Assembly (NCBI GenBank): GCA_964270895.1
Contig: OZ185453.1
Source of the DNA: Podarcis filfolensis
Lineage: Eukaryota
Length of the DNA: 64,000 nt
Reading direction: 5' to 3' (one strand)
Positions 12,061-24,678 of this stretch are shown in pieces; within the stretch, counting starts at the first letter, position 1; every line of letters begins with the position of its first letter. The notes beneath the pieces are model-generated. The model had not been told where the DNA came from. It saw only the letters and a program-made list of their open reading frames with translations, and did not search any database. Both the position numbers and the translations under genes were made by a program.

Positions 12061-12932
12061 CCACATATTGATTTTTGTTCTGCTAGAACAAATTGCAGGA
12101 TTATCATGCAAGTCCTGGGTCAACCTACCCCTTTTGCTGTGTTTTCGCATCTCTCTCAGCAAAGGCTTTTGGCTTCCTTGTTCTCATTGTGGGTCTTTAA
12201 AAGCACAGACAGAAAAGATGAGTAGATTAAGATGTTTGTTAGAAGGAAGCAAAGAAATAGGATATTGTTTTGGGAACAAAGCAAAGGTAAGCCTTAGGAA
12301 AGAACTCTTATAAAACAAAAGGGAATCTGGAGAGCCCTGTTTTGGCACAGATGCAGCAGAGAGGGTGTGGCAAGATCAGGAAAAGAAGCTAATTTGTTGC
12401 TGGGGGGTTACAGTTTTCACTTAGACAGCTATTAGTCCACCAGGGAAGGAGGCACGTGACAATTTGAACCTTTGATTCAGAGAAATATTTATGGTACTTC
12501 CTGGATGCCTCTAGGTGTTGAGCAAATCGAATCAAAACCTTGCAATAATGCAATAAAAATCCTCTGTGAAACATAAAAATCCAAGACAGCATAAAACCCA
12601 AATAATATAGAAAGACCAACACAATAAAATGTAATACAAATCAGATGAGATACTGACATCCAGCCATACTGACATGATCTGAAACGGCCCGGAAGAACAG
12701 GGGAATCTTAACCTGGCGCCCAAAGGACAACCATGTATTGTAACCTTTGCTGCAGAAAAGCTGAGCCATCATATCTAACATGGCCAACTGCTGCATAAAT
12801 GGGAATATAGTGCATCATTTATGATGTGGAAATTGGGAGAGGAGGCATAACTCTGCAGCAGAGCACAAGCATTACATGCAAAAGGTACCATGGACAGTTC
12901 CCTGCATCTATGTCTATAAGGGACTTAGGCAG

Positions 12933-13550
12933 TGTCAAGGAGCTATCAGGTGTGCTCAGGTCAATGACGGTGCAGGGAAGCAAGGGAGGCATGGAATGCC
13001 ATTAGTTTTTTATTAACAAAAAAATAACAAGACAGAGTCCTCTGGTTCGTCTTAATCCAGCTGACACATTGCTGAAACTGACCACTAGTCCCATTCTTCC
13101 CCCTCTAGCCTTTCACTCTGAATCCCTCCCAAAAAGGCAAAGGCTTTATTGAGGGGTGGGCTCTTCCTCTGGGCCTGCCTGGCCCATTGCTCAGCAATGT
13201 GCAGGACGGTCCTTGATCAGGGTGTCAGAGGGGGTGGAGAGCCAGCAGGACTGGGACAGTCCTTCTGCTGGGTAGCAAGGGCAACCTCTGACTCCTCTCT
13301 GTCTGAGTCTGTGCTCACACTGTGACTCTCAGCCTCTAACCCTATCCAGGAAGGCCCTCCTTTTTCTGAGCCCCCTTGGTTGCTCAACCCCCCCCCCTTC
13401 TAGCACCTCCCAACTTGTCCCTTCCCCCAAACTGATCTTCAGCGTCCCCACCACCACGATCTGGGATCTAAGTCTTCTTCCCTGTCCTCCCAGGGGGGCT
13501 CTTGGGCAGGTGGCTCCCACCATTCTTCCCCATCCAGCCAGTCCCTGACA
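12933..13550 (-). mobile_element. Possible LTR-derived segment
   Basis: The minus strand begins TGTCAGGGACTGG and is purine-rich; minus-strand AATAAA motifs occur near 13010 and 13145. Left boundary and TSD not resolved. Confidence 0.35.
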
Positions 13551-13857
13551 TGTAGCAGGACTCTGAAAGATCAGTTAGAGGAGAAGATGCTGGGGCAGAT
13601 TCACCAGTGGTGTGACTCAGTATAAATCAGTGTCATTGGAGTCAAGCTTCAATCACACCAGGGCAGGGATGTTCCCTTTCCCGTTGCAAATGGGTGTTAG
13701 ATGCTACAGCTCAGGACAAAATTGTGATATTGGGGAGCAACTGTACATTGAAACAAGACTACCTGCATAGATGTAGTTACCATGAGAGTGGAAGTGAAGC
13801 TAAAGACAGCATCCAAAGGCAAGGTCAGATGTAGACTTTGTTAACTGCATCTCTCTA

Positions 13858-14152
13858 NNNNNNNNNNNNNNNNNNNNNNNNNNNNNNNNNNNNNNNNNNN
13901 NNNNNNNNNNNNNNNNNNNNNNNNNNNNNNNNNNNNNNNNNNNNNNNNNNNNNNNNNNNNNNNNNNNNNNNNNNNNNNNNNNNNNNNNNNNNNNNNNNNN
14001 NNNNNNNNNNNNNNNNNNNNNNNNNNNNNNNNNNNNNNNNNNNNNNNNNNNNNNNNNNNNNNNNNNNNNNNNNNNNNNNNNNNNNNNNNNNNNNNNNNNN
14101 NNNNNNNNNNNNNNNNNNNNNNNNNNNNNNNNNNNNNNNNNNNNNNNNNNNN
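13858..14152. other. Assembly gap (295 N)
   Basis: Run of N. Confidence 1.
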
Positions 14153-15539
14153 AAAAATACTCATTTTTAAAATGCCACGTTAAAAGCAGTTGCGAAATTA
14201 ACACACAGCTGTATAATCTTCTCTGGTGTTAAAAATGTGTTTTCTGCCCGGCTTTTGATTTTCTCACACACGGAAACCCTTGCTGAGATTCTTGAGCTGA
14301 TCTTATTAACCATTTGAACATGGCTTTGATGGAATCCAAACCATTTTCTCCAGGTCTGTCAAAGGCCCAGCTTGTAGCTGTTGTCAGAATCATGGCTTGT
14401 ATGAAGTATTTCAGCCTGAAATCATTTGTTGTTGGTTGGCTTGTGTGGTTGTTGTTTTTTAAAAGCCCCCTTCTGTGCCACATGGATTTCCTTGCACATT
14501 TTCTTCTCTTGTGTTAAGGTTTCTGTTTCATGTAGTCTGGATTTTACTCCTCTCTTTAAAAGAAAAGAAGCAGAAAAAAACACCACACATGTGGTTTGTG
14601 TTGCCAACCCTCCTTGAAAGCAGTGCTGTGTTTGTTGTTGACGCCAGTGAAGGAGAGGGTAGAGCTCTCTTCTTTGTGTAAGTGTTTTCGATTTGCATTC
14701 AGGCTCCCTGTTTTGATAGATAAATACTTCCAAGAAATCCAAGCTCTCTCTTCTTGTTCCTCAGAAGCGACTGCAATAAAATACTGATAACACAGAAAGT
14801 AAATCTTACTCTCTTTGCCCTCTGATAGGCCCAGACCTTATCTGGTCTCCCTTCACTCCAGTGATAATTGCTTATCAACACATGCAGACATCTCCTTATG
14901 ATTCTGACACTGTGGCTTGCTGAGGCTCACCCTCCTCAGCAAAGGCTGGCGAGCAATTGGGTTCGGTAAATCAATTTGTAATGATCATGGTTGCAAACTA
15001 GGTGAAGGTGGAATATCATGCAGAGTTGATTCTAGTGTCTTGGCTGATAATGCCTTTCCATGGAGGAGGAGGAGGAGATGGTTGTTTTTTCTGTGTTTTG
15101 AACCCCGTCTCTCTGCCAGACGCAAGGAGAAAAATCAGGAACGCGCTCAACCAAGATGGAAATTTTAAAAAACCTAACACTGGGTTATTTGTTTTTTAAA
15201 AGAGTGCTCCTAGCCATACTGAAGCCTTCACCTACCTTGCAAGATCAAAGACACAATGATAAGACTCATCCAGGCAGGCACTCTCAGCTCTTTCATATAA
15301 ATAAATGAGTGAGTCATTTGTTTACAAAGCTGCTGCTTTGTATTAAATGGAAATGTGGAAGCCACTGCAATGTGGCTCCTTCCAGGTGACATGAGAAGTC
15401 ACCTTACCCCTCTTGGGTGCAGCAGAGTTGCAGTTGCTGCCACGAGTAAACCAATATAGAGGTTTTGTCAGGATTTTGATTTTGCATCTTCATTTGTGTT
15501 AAGAGTCCAGCCTGTCCAGAAAGAAAACTAGGAATCAAC

Positions 15540-15810
15540 GGTCCACTTTGGTTTTTCTCTATTTCACTCCCCCACCCACCCAATCTAAACATCAGTTTCG
15601 TGCAATTTTCTCCTAATACACACATTTTTGCATGATATTTTTCACTAACGCATGTATACACCTCACCCTTTGTATATGCATTTTGGTACATATAACTTGG
15701 CTGATGAACTGCATCTCAAAATTTGGAGAAGTGTGATTTTTTAAGGATGGCTCTGATTCACTTCATGTGTTGTTTAGGAGAGTCCAAATTAGGTCGGAAT
15801 TGTGCTGTGT
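15540..15810. repeat. Old interspersed repeat, homologous to 57855-58245 in the opposite orientation
   Basis: Shared blocks GTCCA(C/T)TTTGGTTT, TTTTGCA, TTGGAGAAGTGTGA(T/A)TTT and CAAATTAGGT. Confidence 0.6.
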
Positions 15811-15885
15811 CCCATTGGTGTAGTGGTGATGGAAAAGCGGGGGGATGATGGGGGATGTGGACAGTCAGTTGTGGGTGAGTGAGAA

Positions 15886-15923
15886 ACATCCCTCTTTTCA
15901 TCTGAGGAATGTTGGAGGGTATG
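15886..15923 (-). mobile_element. Terminal fragment of the CATACCCTCCAA TIR element
   Basis: ATCCCTCTTTTCATCTGAGGAATGTTGGAGGGTATG is the reverse complement of the 5' end of the 4286 copy. Confidence 0.55.
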
Positions 15924-15994
15924 TATACACTAACTGAAAAATTAATTAGGCCCCTCTTTTTATCTGTTGTACCTTTTTAAGAATATCTATTTTA

Positions 15995-16357
15995 GGGATG
16001 CGGGTGGTGCTGTGGTCTAAACCACAGAGCCTAGGGCTTGCCGATCACCCCATCGGTGGTTCGAATCCCTGTGACGGGGTGAGCTCCTGTTGCTCGGTCC
16101 CAGCGCCTGCCAACCTAGTAGTTCAAAGGCACATCAAAATGCAAGTAGATAAATAGGTACCGCTCAGGCGGGAAGGTAAACGGCATTTCCGTGTGCTGCT
16201 CTGGTTCACCAGAAGCAGCTTAGTCATTCTGGCCACATGACCCGAAAGCTGTCTGCGGACAAATGCCAGCTCCCTCAGCCAGTAGAGCAAGATGAGCACC
16301 GCAACCCCAAAGTTGTCTGCAACTGGACCTAATGGTCAGGGGTTCCTTTACCTTTAC
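15995..16357 (+). mobile_element. Sauria/Squam1 SINE, intermediate variant
   Basis: Full-length. CTATTTTAGGG at 15987-15997 and 16358-16368. Confidence 0.93.
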
Positions 16358-16367
16358 CTATTTTAGG

Positions 16368-16480
16368 GTGCCTTCCAGATGGTTATTAGACTACAACTAC
16401 CATCAGCCCCAGCTACCGTGGACAACAATCGGGGTGATGGAAGTTCTAATCCAGCAACATCTGAGGGGCACCACATTGCC
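16368..16480. mobile_element. Palindromic MITE (GACTACAACTCCCATC...GATGGGAGTTGTAGTC family)
   Basis: Internal dyad GACTACAACTACCATCA / TGATGGAAGTTCTAATC. Related copies near 36335, 41170, 43798 and 48168. Confidence 0.6.
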
Positions 16481-17914
16481 TTTCTCTGATATTCAGCACA
16501 AAAGTATTCCAGGAGAGCCTTTTCTTATCTTTACACCAAGCAAACCCAGCAAGATGCAACCTGCTGGACGTGCCTGAGATGTGGATCTATAAAATGCTGA
16601 CCCCCTGATCAAAGCTTTAATTAGAAACTCGTTCTCAATTAAAGACCCTGCACTTCGGTGTGGTAATTGCCTAGGAAAGCTGGTTGTGCATTTCATTATG
16701 ATGTGCAGCTGCAATTTAAAAAATCTGGGATGAGAAAAGGGGAAGCTTCTGATTTTTAAAAGGGCTATACAGCAAAGGCGCAGAACAAAGAGTGATTCAT
16801 CACATCACTCAAGTTGGCTGGCAGCATGCAAAGGTGGCTCTTGAGGTTTCTGTTACATGCTCTTAGTCAGTTTTATTGATTAAACCTCAAACCATCAAAT
16901 GTAACACCATACTTTTAACTGGGTGGAGTTTTTTTTAGCTGTTTCAGACACTTTGCCCAGGCCTGCTCTGGAAAATAAAAATAGTTGCAGTGAGCATGAC
17001 ATTGCTACATCTCCCTGGCACGCACAGATACCCAGTCTTGGTTTTAACCAATGAAAAACTAGTCTGTCGAGGGAGCCCAGGGGCTTGCAGGTACCTGGGA
17101 CAGACAGACAGGCACAAGTACTCATGCAACACCCAGTGATGGCCTGGTAATTATCTGTTGCCAAGACTTGAGGGAGTATAGCAAGTCTGGGGACTTTGCC
17201 TGACACAAGATTGGTATTCTGGTATTCAAGAACAGGAGGACACTAGGATGATGTGACAGTAAAGGGCTGCTTACAGAATCTGCCTCTGCTGGGTTTCTGC
17301 ATTAGTTCTAAGATTACCTTTGCCTGGAATGTTTAATGTTGGAATCAGTGAGTCTTCCAAATTTGTTTTTTCTGAAACATATGCTTAGAGGCAAACTACA
17401 GTAGATGTGTTAAATGTGTCATTAGCAACTGCATCCACGTTTAAAAACATTTTAACAGCAGGGGGTGTTGATTTTAACCCCTGCGCAGTCCTGATGACTC
17501 CCCCAACCCACTGCTATCAGCCTTCAGAAGAAGAATCGGCACCACAGAGTTGAGAGAGGAAGTAGAAGGAACATCACTCATGGTCACTTATTCTTTCTAC
17601 TTCCTAGTTTTCCAAGCTAAGGTCAGCACCCAAACACAAAGCAGTGTTGCTGGTGGGAGAGGAAGGAAGGAAGGGTGCTTGATTGTTTGTCCTGGTCTGT
17701 GGGAGTCTATGCTTGTTGTTGTTTTTTAAATCTCCCCCCCCCCCCCGCCCCCCGTATCTGTCTGCTTCTCCTTGATGGAGTCTGAGCAGGGGTAGACTTT
17801 GGTAATCATTTGTAATATGGTGCCCTGTGTGAGGCCAACATTTGAAACCCCCAAATGGATCTTCTCAATTATGGATCTTCTCAATTTTGCACCTCCTTGG
17901 CTTGTCTGCACCAC

Positions 17915-18556
17915 CAGGGCCATCTTTACCCGGGGGTGCAATGGCTGCGGGGCACCCGGGTGGTGAATTCTGGGGGACACCCAGTGGCTGCCGCTGAAGC
18001 TGCCTAAGCTCTTAACTATCTACCTGGTATGAAATAATAAATAATTTTGATCAAGCTAGAAAAACGAAATACATATATACCTAGCTATTACCGATATGTA
18101 TACCTACTGTTTCACTAAAGGACTTTTGACTTTGTGCGCTCATTTGCCAAAGGCGCGCAGCGCCAGCGGCGGCGCTTGTCATTCTCAATGATACAGTGCA
18201 CACGAAATTATCTCTTACATCAAAATATTATGTTACGTATTGTAATGAGCTGCTATGCGGCAGTGGGGTCAGCGGCACCTTTGACACGACTGATGTTGCT
18301 CCTAAGTAGGTGCCTAAACAATACTTATAAGTTTAAGTGTGGTGGTGCTGTATACTTAAGTATAAGTGTATTGTAAATGAATGAGCAAATAAAAAAGATT
18401 GTTTCTTTTTCCTCCCTTCTTTCGTAAACAAGAGATAAGGAGTAAGCATGGTGTCTGACATAAGCATAAGAAAAGTTAATATGGGGGATAAACTAAATTT
18501 GGGGGCGCTGGGCAGATCTTTGCACCCCAGCGGCGCATATGCTAAGGACAGCGCTG
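17915..18556. mobile_element. Non-autonomous hAT-type element (642 bp)
   Basis: Degenerate TIRs CAGGGCCATCTTTA / TAAGGACAGCGCTG. Perfect 8-bp TSD TGCACCAC at 17907-17914 and 18557-18564. Confidence 0.85.
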
Positions 18557-21500
18557 TGCACCACTCTAAATCAGGCGCTGACCTGAGGTCTGTAATGTTT
18601 GTTGCTGCTCTTGCCCTAGCACTGAAGAAGCACAAACACAGAGACAGTGAGCAAACAACAGATGCTCCCTAACAACTAGCTCAGCATTGTCCAAATGGCA
18701 GCAGTTCTCCAGTGGTTCAGCCTTTCCCACCTCTACTCAAATAAGCTAGCAACTGGACCTCTGCATGCTTGTGTTCTGCCGCTGACTAACAGCCATCCTA
18801 TGCAAGCCCATTGGAATGAATGGGATCTTGAGGAGGCTGAAGAGTGTGGGCTTGTGTCTTTTGGATTAAAGCTGGTTCCTTGTCTGAGCTACTTGCAGGC
18901 TTGATTGATTGCAGACCTGAGCGCATGGCAGAGAGCTCTGCTGGATCACATGGTCTGAGGGGGAGCAGCTACTGCTGAGAGGAAGCCAGGCTGAATGCGG
19001 AAGTGAGTTGAGGGAGGAGTTAGCAGCCAGCAGCGGTTAAACTTAGCTGGTTGCAGCTTCTGGGAGCTTGTGACCAAGAGCTCGCAAAAAGGACTCACAA
19101 ACAGGGGCATTTATTGGGGGAGTTTGATGGGAGGCCTGGAGTGCTGTGTCTAAGACCAAGGGGCATGGAAGGTGAGGGAGTGGCTTCAGTGACCTGCAAC
19201 ACCTGTGCCATGTTTGTTTTCTTGCCGGAGAATGTGCACTTGCAGCAGTGTAGAGAGCAGGATTCAGGAGATCCTAATATAAACTTCTAGCTATGCCACT
19301 CTGTGCTATGGCAATGTGAAGTATGAAAAACTAAACATTAAACAATTAAAAGTGTGTATACGTTGGGGGGAAACACATTGCCTTGGGCACCAGTAGCATT
19401 GGCATAGCTACTACCACACAAACTGTCCAAACCATTTGGAAATCTGGACCAAAGTCTCGGTAGCCACATGGTGTACCAGCCACATGGGTGCAATTTTCAA
19501 TAGTAACAATCGTGAGACCTTTTTCATTAAAATAGCATTCCTACTGCCTTTCAGTTCTAAGTAAAGCCATTACAGAGATGATAATGCAGAGAAAGTAACT
19601 GAAAGCTATAAACGAGGGGAGGAAATTGCCAGGATTTTTAAACGAGAAACGAAATCTGTGAAGCAGAAAGATTGCAGGAAGGCTGTTCCAGGTAGCCCAA
19701 GGTGCAAACCGATGTCTTTTCCACCACCAGTGCCAAATTGTGTGTTGGGAAGAAGAAGAAGCAGCTGGAAGAAGATCAGAGATTCATCTGTTTAATCTGT
19801 CCCTTCTTACCTGTCCATGTGTTCTTCCGTTAGAGGTGTATGTAAATCCCAAATTATACTGTTCAGTCAAATTAACATCCAAGAACTCATTTCTGAAGGG
19901 AACTGGATTCAGAATTCATCCTGCCATTTTTGGCTGGTCGTCGTCATCCCTCCAAATCACCGAGCCAGCAAATCGATTCTTACCTCCATGCAATCAACTG
20001 AGAAAAATGTGTCCCTAATTTAAAAAAAAAAAAAAATTGGTTTGCCCTTTCTAGAAAAGGGACTAATATGCTTAGAATCTTCCCGCCATTTTCTTCCACC
20101 CATGAGCAAGCCAGTGACGGTGCTCTGAATGGAGCAGGGTAGTTATCCGGAGGACTTTGTTTTGTGCCTCAATTTGCTTAACCAGTTCCGGGAACAGCAA
20201 ATTGATTTGTAAAGAGAATCAGTAGAGTAGAGGATCCTCACCTATTTCCAACAAGCACTGCCTTCTGGTTCTGGTGTGTCTCATTCCACACACCTCACTT
20301 TTCTCTGGATTAGCAACTATGGAGAAGGCAAACTGTTGCTCTCTAAAGGGATGAATCTAAGTCACCAGTTGCCACTCCCTACGATACTGACAACCTGTCA
20401 ATTGTGAGAGCTCTCTGGAGGCCTAGGACAATATCCCATTCTCTCAATAAACTCTTATGATATTCACAGAATGCCCAACTAAGCAGCAAAGCAAAAGGTA
20501 TTTTCACATAAATGTATAGCCAGCCAACAGTGGCTAGAATGTAAATTCAGTTGAAGAAATCATTCCTTCTTTATTTTACCCATGCATACAAATTAGTGTG
20601 AAAAGCTGGAGGTTGTTCACAGCATGGACATCAACATTTGCAATTGTTAATGCATGTAGATCAAGCTGCTATTCAAGGCACAGGAATAGGAGCAGGTTAT
20701 AATTTTAAAAAATGGCAGCTTCTGATGTTTTTTTGTCATATCACAAGCTACGTAGCTTAACAGCTCCCATGCCATAGGGCTCTTCTTGAAAATGAACCTT
20801 TTTATTTTATTTTTCAGAAACTGAGTTTACAGGCTTTGGCATTCCTTATCCTTCATTCCCTCAAAAGTTCACTGATTCTTACATCCAGCGATTTCCCTTT
20901 CAGTTCTGGAAATGAGTGAACAAAGTAAATCATTTTTTTTGGAGCAGAAATAAGAAAGTGACAAAGAAGAAGGGGGGGAACCTTGTTCTCACTCAGTCGA
21001 CTGGAATTGTGTAAATAGCTTCAACTCTACGTTTATTGGCTGGCAGAGCCGAAGGGAAATTTTCTTGTATGTGGCACATAACTCAGGTGGGTGCGGTGGA
21101 AGCGGGGGGGGGGGGTTGAGTTCTTTGTTCCTTCTTTTGAAACGGGGAGGGGAAAACAAAAATGTGCAGGCCTACCACATTTTCTGCCGCACCTGGAATC
21201 TTTCCATTCAACAGTAATTAGTGAGATACGGTATCTTGATAGCCCTTCAGGTGTTTGATTCTCACTCTTTTTATTCCCACACCAGCTGCTTTCAGTAATG
21301 AGAAGAGTTCTAGTCAGCTCTTCGCTCTTTTTTCCCCTCTTTTTTTTTTTTTTTGCCTCCTTTTATTTCAAATGCTAGCAATTTCTCCATTGAGTGGCAT
21401 TACAGCACATTTTTTATACACCTAGGCCAAGCCAAAATTAGCACTGTGGGGAGGAATAAAAGCGGGAAGAGGAGGAAGCAATATTATGCATCTGATTAAT

Positions 21501-22284
21501 GTACGCAAGTTGACAAATTTTGGAATTTATGGGGGAATTTGCCAAGCTGTAAATTTCCAAAGTGGTGTCTAAGTTTCATCTGGACAGCCACCATATAAGG
21601 AAATCTGCACAGTGCTTTGGTTTCTCAAGTACAAACGCCAAATTTGGCAGTACTGCCTGCAGCGAGGAACAGACCGAACATGATGGCTTTGATAAATCTT
21701 ATTTTGTAAGCAACAGTACATCAATTACTATTTACGGTTCAGAACTGAAAGCTCTGTGAGCTGCTCAGGTGCACAAGTTTTTTTTGAGGGGGGGTGTTTT
21801 GTTTTTCCCTCACTGAGATTATTGGAGGGTTTATGACTTCCCATTAACATTTATCATGAGTTAGTTCAAAGGTGACGGAATCTGTACTGTATATTTGATA
21901 AGAGACAGAATAGACTTCTCAAAAGGGAAGTCCTGGGTGACTGCTTTGATCACTGATGCTGTAAAAAAAGGAGGCCGTAACTTAGAATCAGCTCTGGCTT
22001 GGCATTAAGAGGAGAAATATAATTGCTCCTCTTTTCAGATTGCATGTTGTGTCTCTTGATCTATCACTCCTTCACTTGCCACCAAGCAGGAAGCAAGCAT
22101 CCGTCTGGCAGTTTCTGCTTTTAGCACAGAAACTGCAACCACGATACAGCTCCATTTTGTACATGTCCCATGGGCAACACTTAAGTTAGACACAACCTGC
22201 TTCAGTTAAAGTAAGTCATCAGTATCATAATAAATCTAGGTCTTCTTTTCTGTAACATCTAGATGAGGAAGGGCTACGCAATCC

Positions 22285-22940
22285 CTGGATTTAGTGGTGG
22301 CCTGGATGAGGGACAATGCAACTAACTCTGAATCCTGGGAAGATGTAGGCATTGTGAGTGAATGGTTCCTTACTCCGGATAATTGGTTAATTGCTTACTT
22401 TGGATGGACTTTACTTCCTCTGAAGGAGCAGGTTCATAATCTAGGGGTGCCCCAGGGTCCATCTCTATTACTAGGGGCCCAGGAAACCTCAGTACAGTCG
22501 TACCTCGGAAGTCGAAAGCCTTGCAAGACGAATGTTTTGGCTCCCGAATGCCACAAACCCTAAAGCGATTGTTTCTGTTTGCAAACATTCTTTGGAACCC
22601 GAACGTCCACTGTGGCTTCCACGGCTTCCGATTGGCTAGAGGAGCTCCCTCCAGCCAATCGGAAGCCGTGCCTTGGTTTCCGAATGTTTTGGAAGTCGGA
22701 CGGATGTCCGGAATGGATTCTGTTCAACTTCCGAGGTACAACTGTAGCTAGAATTGCCTATGACCGGTTTCATCTGGTAAAACATCTTTGGGTGTTTCTG
22801 GACCAGGATAGCCTTACCACTGGATTATTGCAATGTGTTATACAGGGCACTGCTCTTGAGCTTGACCCAAAAACATGCAGCTGGTGCAAAATGCAGTGGC
22901 TCAACTGCTCTCTAGGTTTCAAACTCACTCACCGGGCCCA
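22285..22940 (+). mobile_element. Degenerate L2-clade RT remnant interrupted by a MITE
   Basis: Peptide remnants VAWMRDN...LPLKEQVHNLGV before the MITE and VARIAYDRFHLVKHLWVFLDQDSLTT...DYCNVLY after it resemble the L2 RT thumb region. Confidence 0.6.
22495..22744. mobile_element. pogo/Tigger-like MITE, family C
   Basis: TIRs CAGTCGTACCTCGGAAGTCGAA / TTCAACTTCCGAGGTACAACTG; TA at 22493-22494 and 22745-22746. Same family as 59800-60049 (opposite orientation). Confidence 0.88.
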
Positions 22941-24043
22941 ACTAAGTCCTGAAAGGTGGGATTTGGATCCTCACCAATGAAATCTATTTCAATTGCGTCA
23001 TAGCTCTGATTCAGAAAGAACTCAGCATGAAAAAGTGGAGCCCCGTCATAAATAAGTAGGAATAGATGATTTGTGGAACGTGCCCAAAGACTGTAGAAAA
23101 CTGGCTTAAATCACATCCCATATTTTGCTTATTGTCATTTTTTGTTTTTTTCTTTGCTTAGGAACAGCAAGAAAAATTGTAATAATTAGGGCTAAGTGAG
23201 GACACAGCCCCAAGAGAAAATGTCAATTACCAAGTAATTACAATCATCCACACTCAATATACTCAAATAAATAGTCATTGATTCCTGTGCTTACTTGCCA
23301 TGTTTGTCACTGGTAGCATGTGAGCTTTCAGGTTTGTGAATTTCTAATTGTTTAGACTGAATTTTATGTGAATGGCTTTGGAGAGAATTGACACATGGTG
23401 CCTTTTGGAACTTGATCACTAGGAGGCCAAGCCATGGAGTTTAACATATGAGTCTTTCATCATAGGAAATTAAGTCATAAAACTTGCTCTTAATAATGCT
23501 GCTAGCACTATGGCTGGCCATGTGGAAAGGGGCATGACCCAACCAACCAAGGTGTTGAACTCTGGCAAGCAAATGGGCGGTCCTTGGGGATGGGCAGTTT
23601 GAGAGCAGATATATACCTGAGCATTAAACTGTTCAGCCTGAGAAGGAGTTGAGGTAGAATCAAAAGCTGTGTAGCAGGAGTTGAAACCATACTAATTCCT
23701 TGAATCAGTACTACTGAGTTGAATGCTGCAATATGTCCCACTAGCCATCTGGAGAAGTGGCACTGCGGTGCAGCAAAGAGCAAGCCAGGAGCTCCCTGTT
23801 CTAGCAAGTTACTATGGTAGCATAACTGTAAGGCATTTACGGCCTTCTGCCATTTGATAACAACCTGTTCAAAGCCCCTCATTTGAAGGTCCATGAAGAA
23901 ATGCTTGCTCAATATTGCTTTGACTTCTGGAAGTAATGTCCTTTTTTGGATGCCAGTCTGTGACAGACATGTGGTTATATTCCACCAGGCTGGGGCCGAA
24001 GCCAAAAAGGCCTTGGCCCTGGTTGAGGTCCCTTTCAACTGTA

Positions 24044-24274
24044 CAGTGGTACCTCTGGTTATGAATTTAATACGTTCCGGAGGTCCGGTCTTAACCTGAA
24101 ACCGTTCTTAACCTGAGGTACTACTTTAGCTAATGGGGCCTCCTGCTGCCGCCGCACAATTTCTGTTCTCATCCTGAGGTAAAATTATTAACCTGAGGTA
24201 CTACTACTGGGTTAGCAGAGTCTGTAACCCGAAGTGTTTGTAACCTGAGGTTATTGTAACTCAAGGTACCACTG
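24044..24274. mobile_element. Family A MITE
   Basis: CAGTGGTACCTCTGGTT / AACTCAAGGTACCACTG; TA at 24042-24043 and 24275-24276. Confidence 0.88.
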
Positions 24275-24429
24275 TACAATCCTGTGACTCTAGGAAAATC
24301 AGGAAACCTCACAGCCACAAGGAGACTTCAAAGCACATTCAACTAAATGCACTTACAGTGCAATCCAAACCCAAGATCTGCCAGGTTTTGAGAGTCTGGA
24401 TTCAGCTGATCTTGGTCTTTTAGAGCCAG

Positions 24430-24678
24430 GAGAGCCAGTGTGGTGTAGTGGTTAAGAGCAGTAGACTCGTAATCTGGTGAACTGGGTTCGCGTCTCTGCT
24501 CCTCCACATTGCAGCTACTGGGTGACCTTGGGCTAGTCACACTTTGAAGTCTCTCAGCCCCACTCACCTCACAGAGTGTTTGTTGTGGGGGAGGAAGGGA
24601 AAAGAGAATGTTAGCCGCTTTGAGACTCCTTCAGGTAGTGATAAAGCAGGATATCAAATCCAAACTCTTCTTCTTCTT
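24430..24678 (+). mobile_element. Squam3-like CORE SINE, full length
   Basis: tRNA head with A box (TGGTGTAGTGGTT) and B box (GGTTCGCGTC), CORE-like GTGACCTTGGGCTAGTCAC, L2-like 3' end and (CTT)n tail. Confidence 0.85.

Noticed and set aside
13800-14204. ORFs of 107-134 aa spanning the N run
   Set aside because: Artefacts of translating the assembly gap.
16041-16056. Altered loop CCGATCACCCCATCGG in a SINE head, first read as a micro-inversion
   Set aside because: The replaced bases are not the reverse complement of the consensus. It is just a clustered substitution in a pre-existing stem.
23508-24038. 176-aa minus-strand ORF
   Set aside because: Only the first ~18 residues (TRAKAFLASAPAWWN) resemble an L2 remnant; the rest has no recognisable similarity.
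24430-24510. tRNA-like A/B boxes here and at SINE 5' ends
   Set aside because: These are SINE heads continuous with SINE bodies, and I see no complete cloverleaf.
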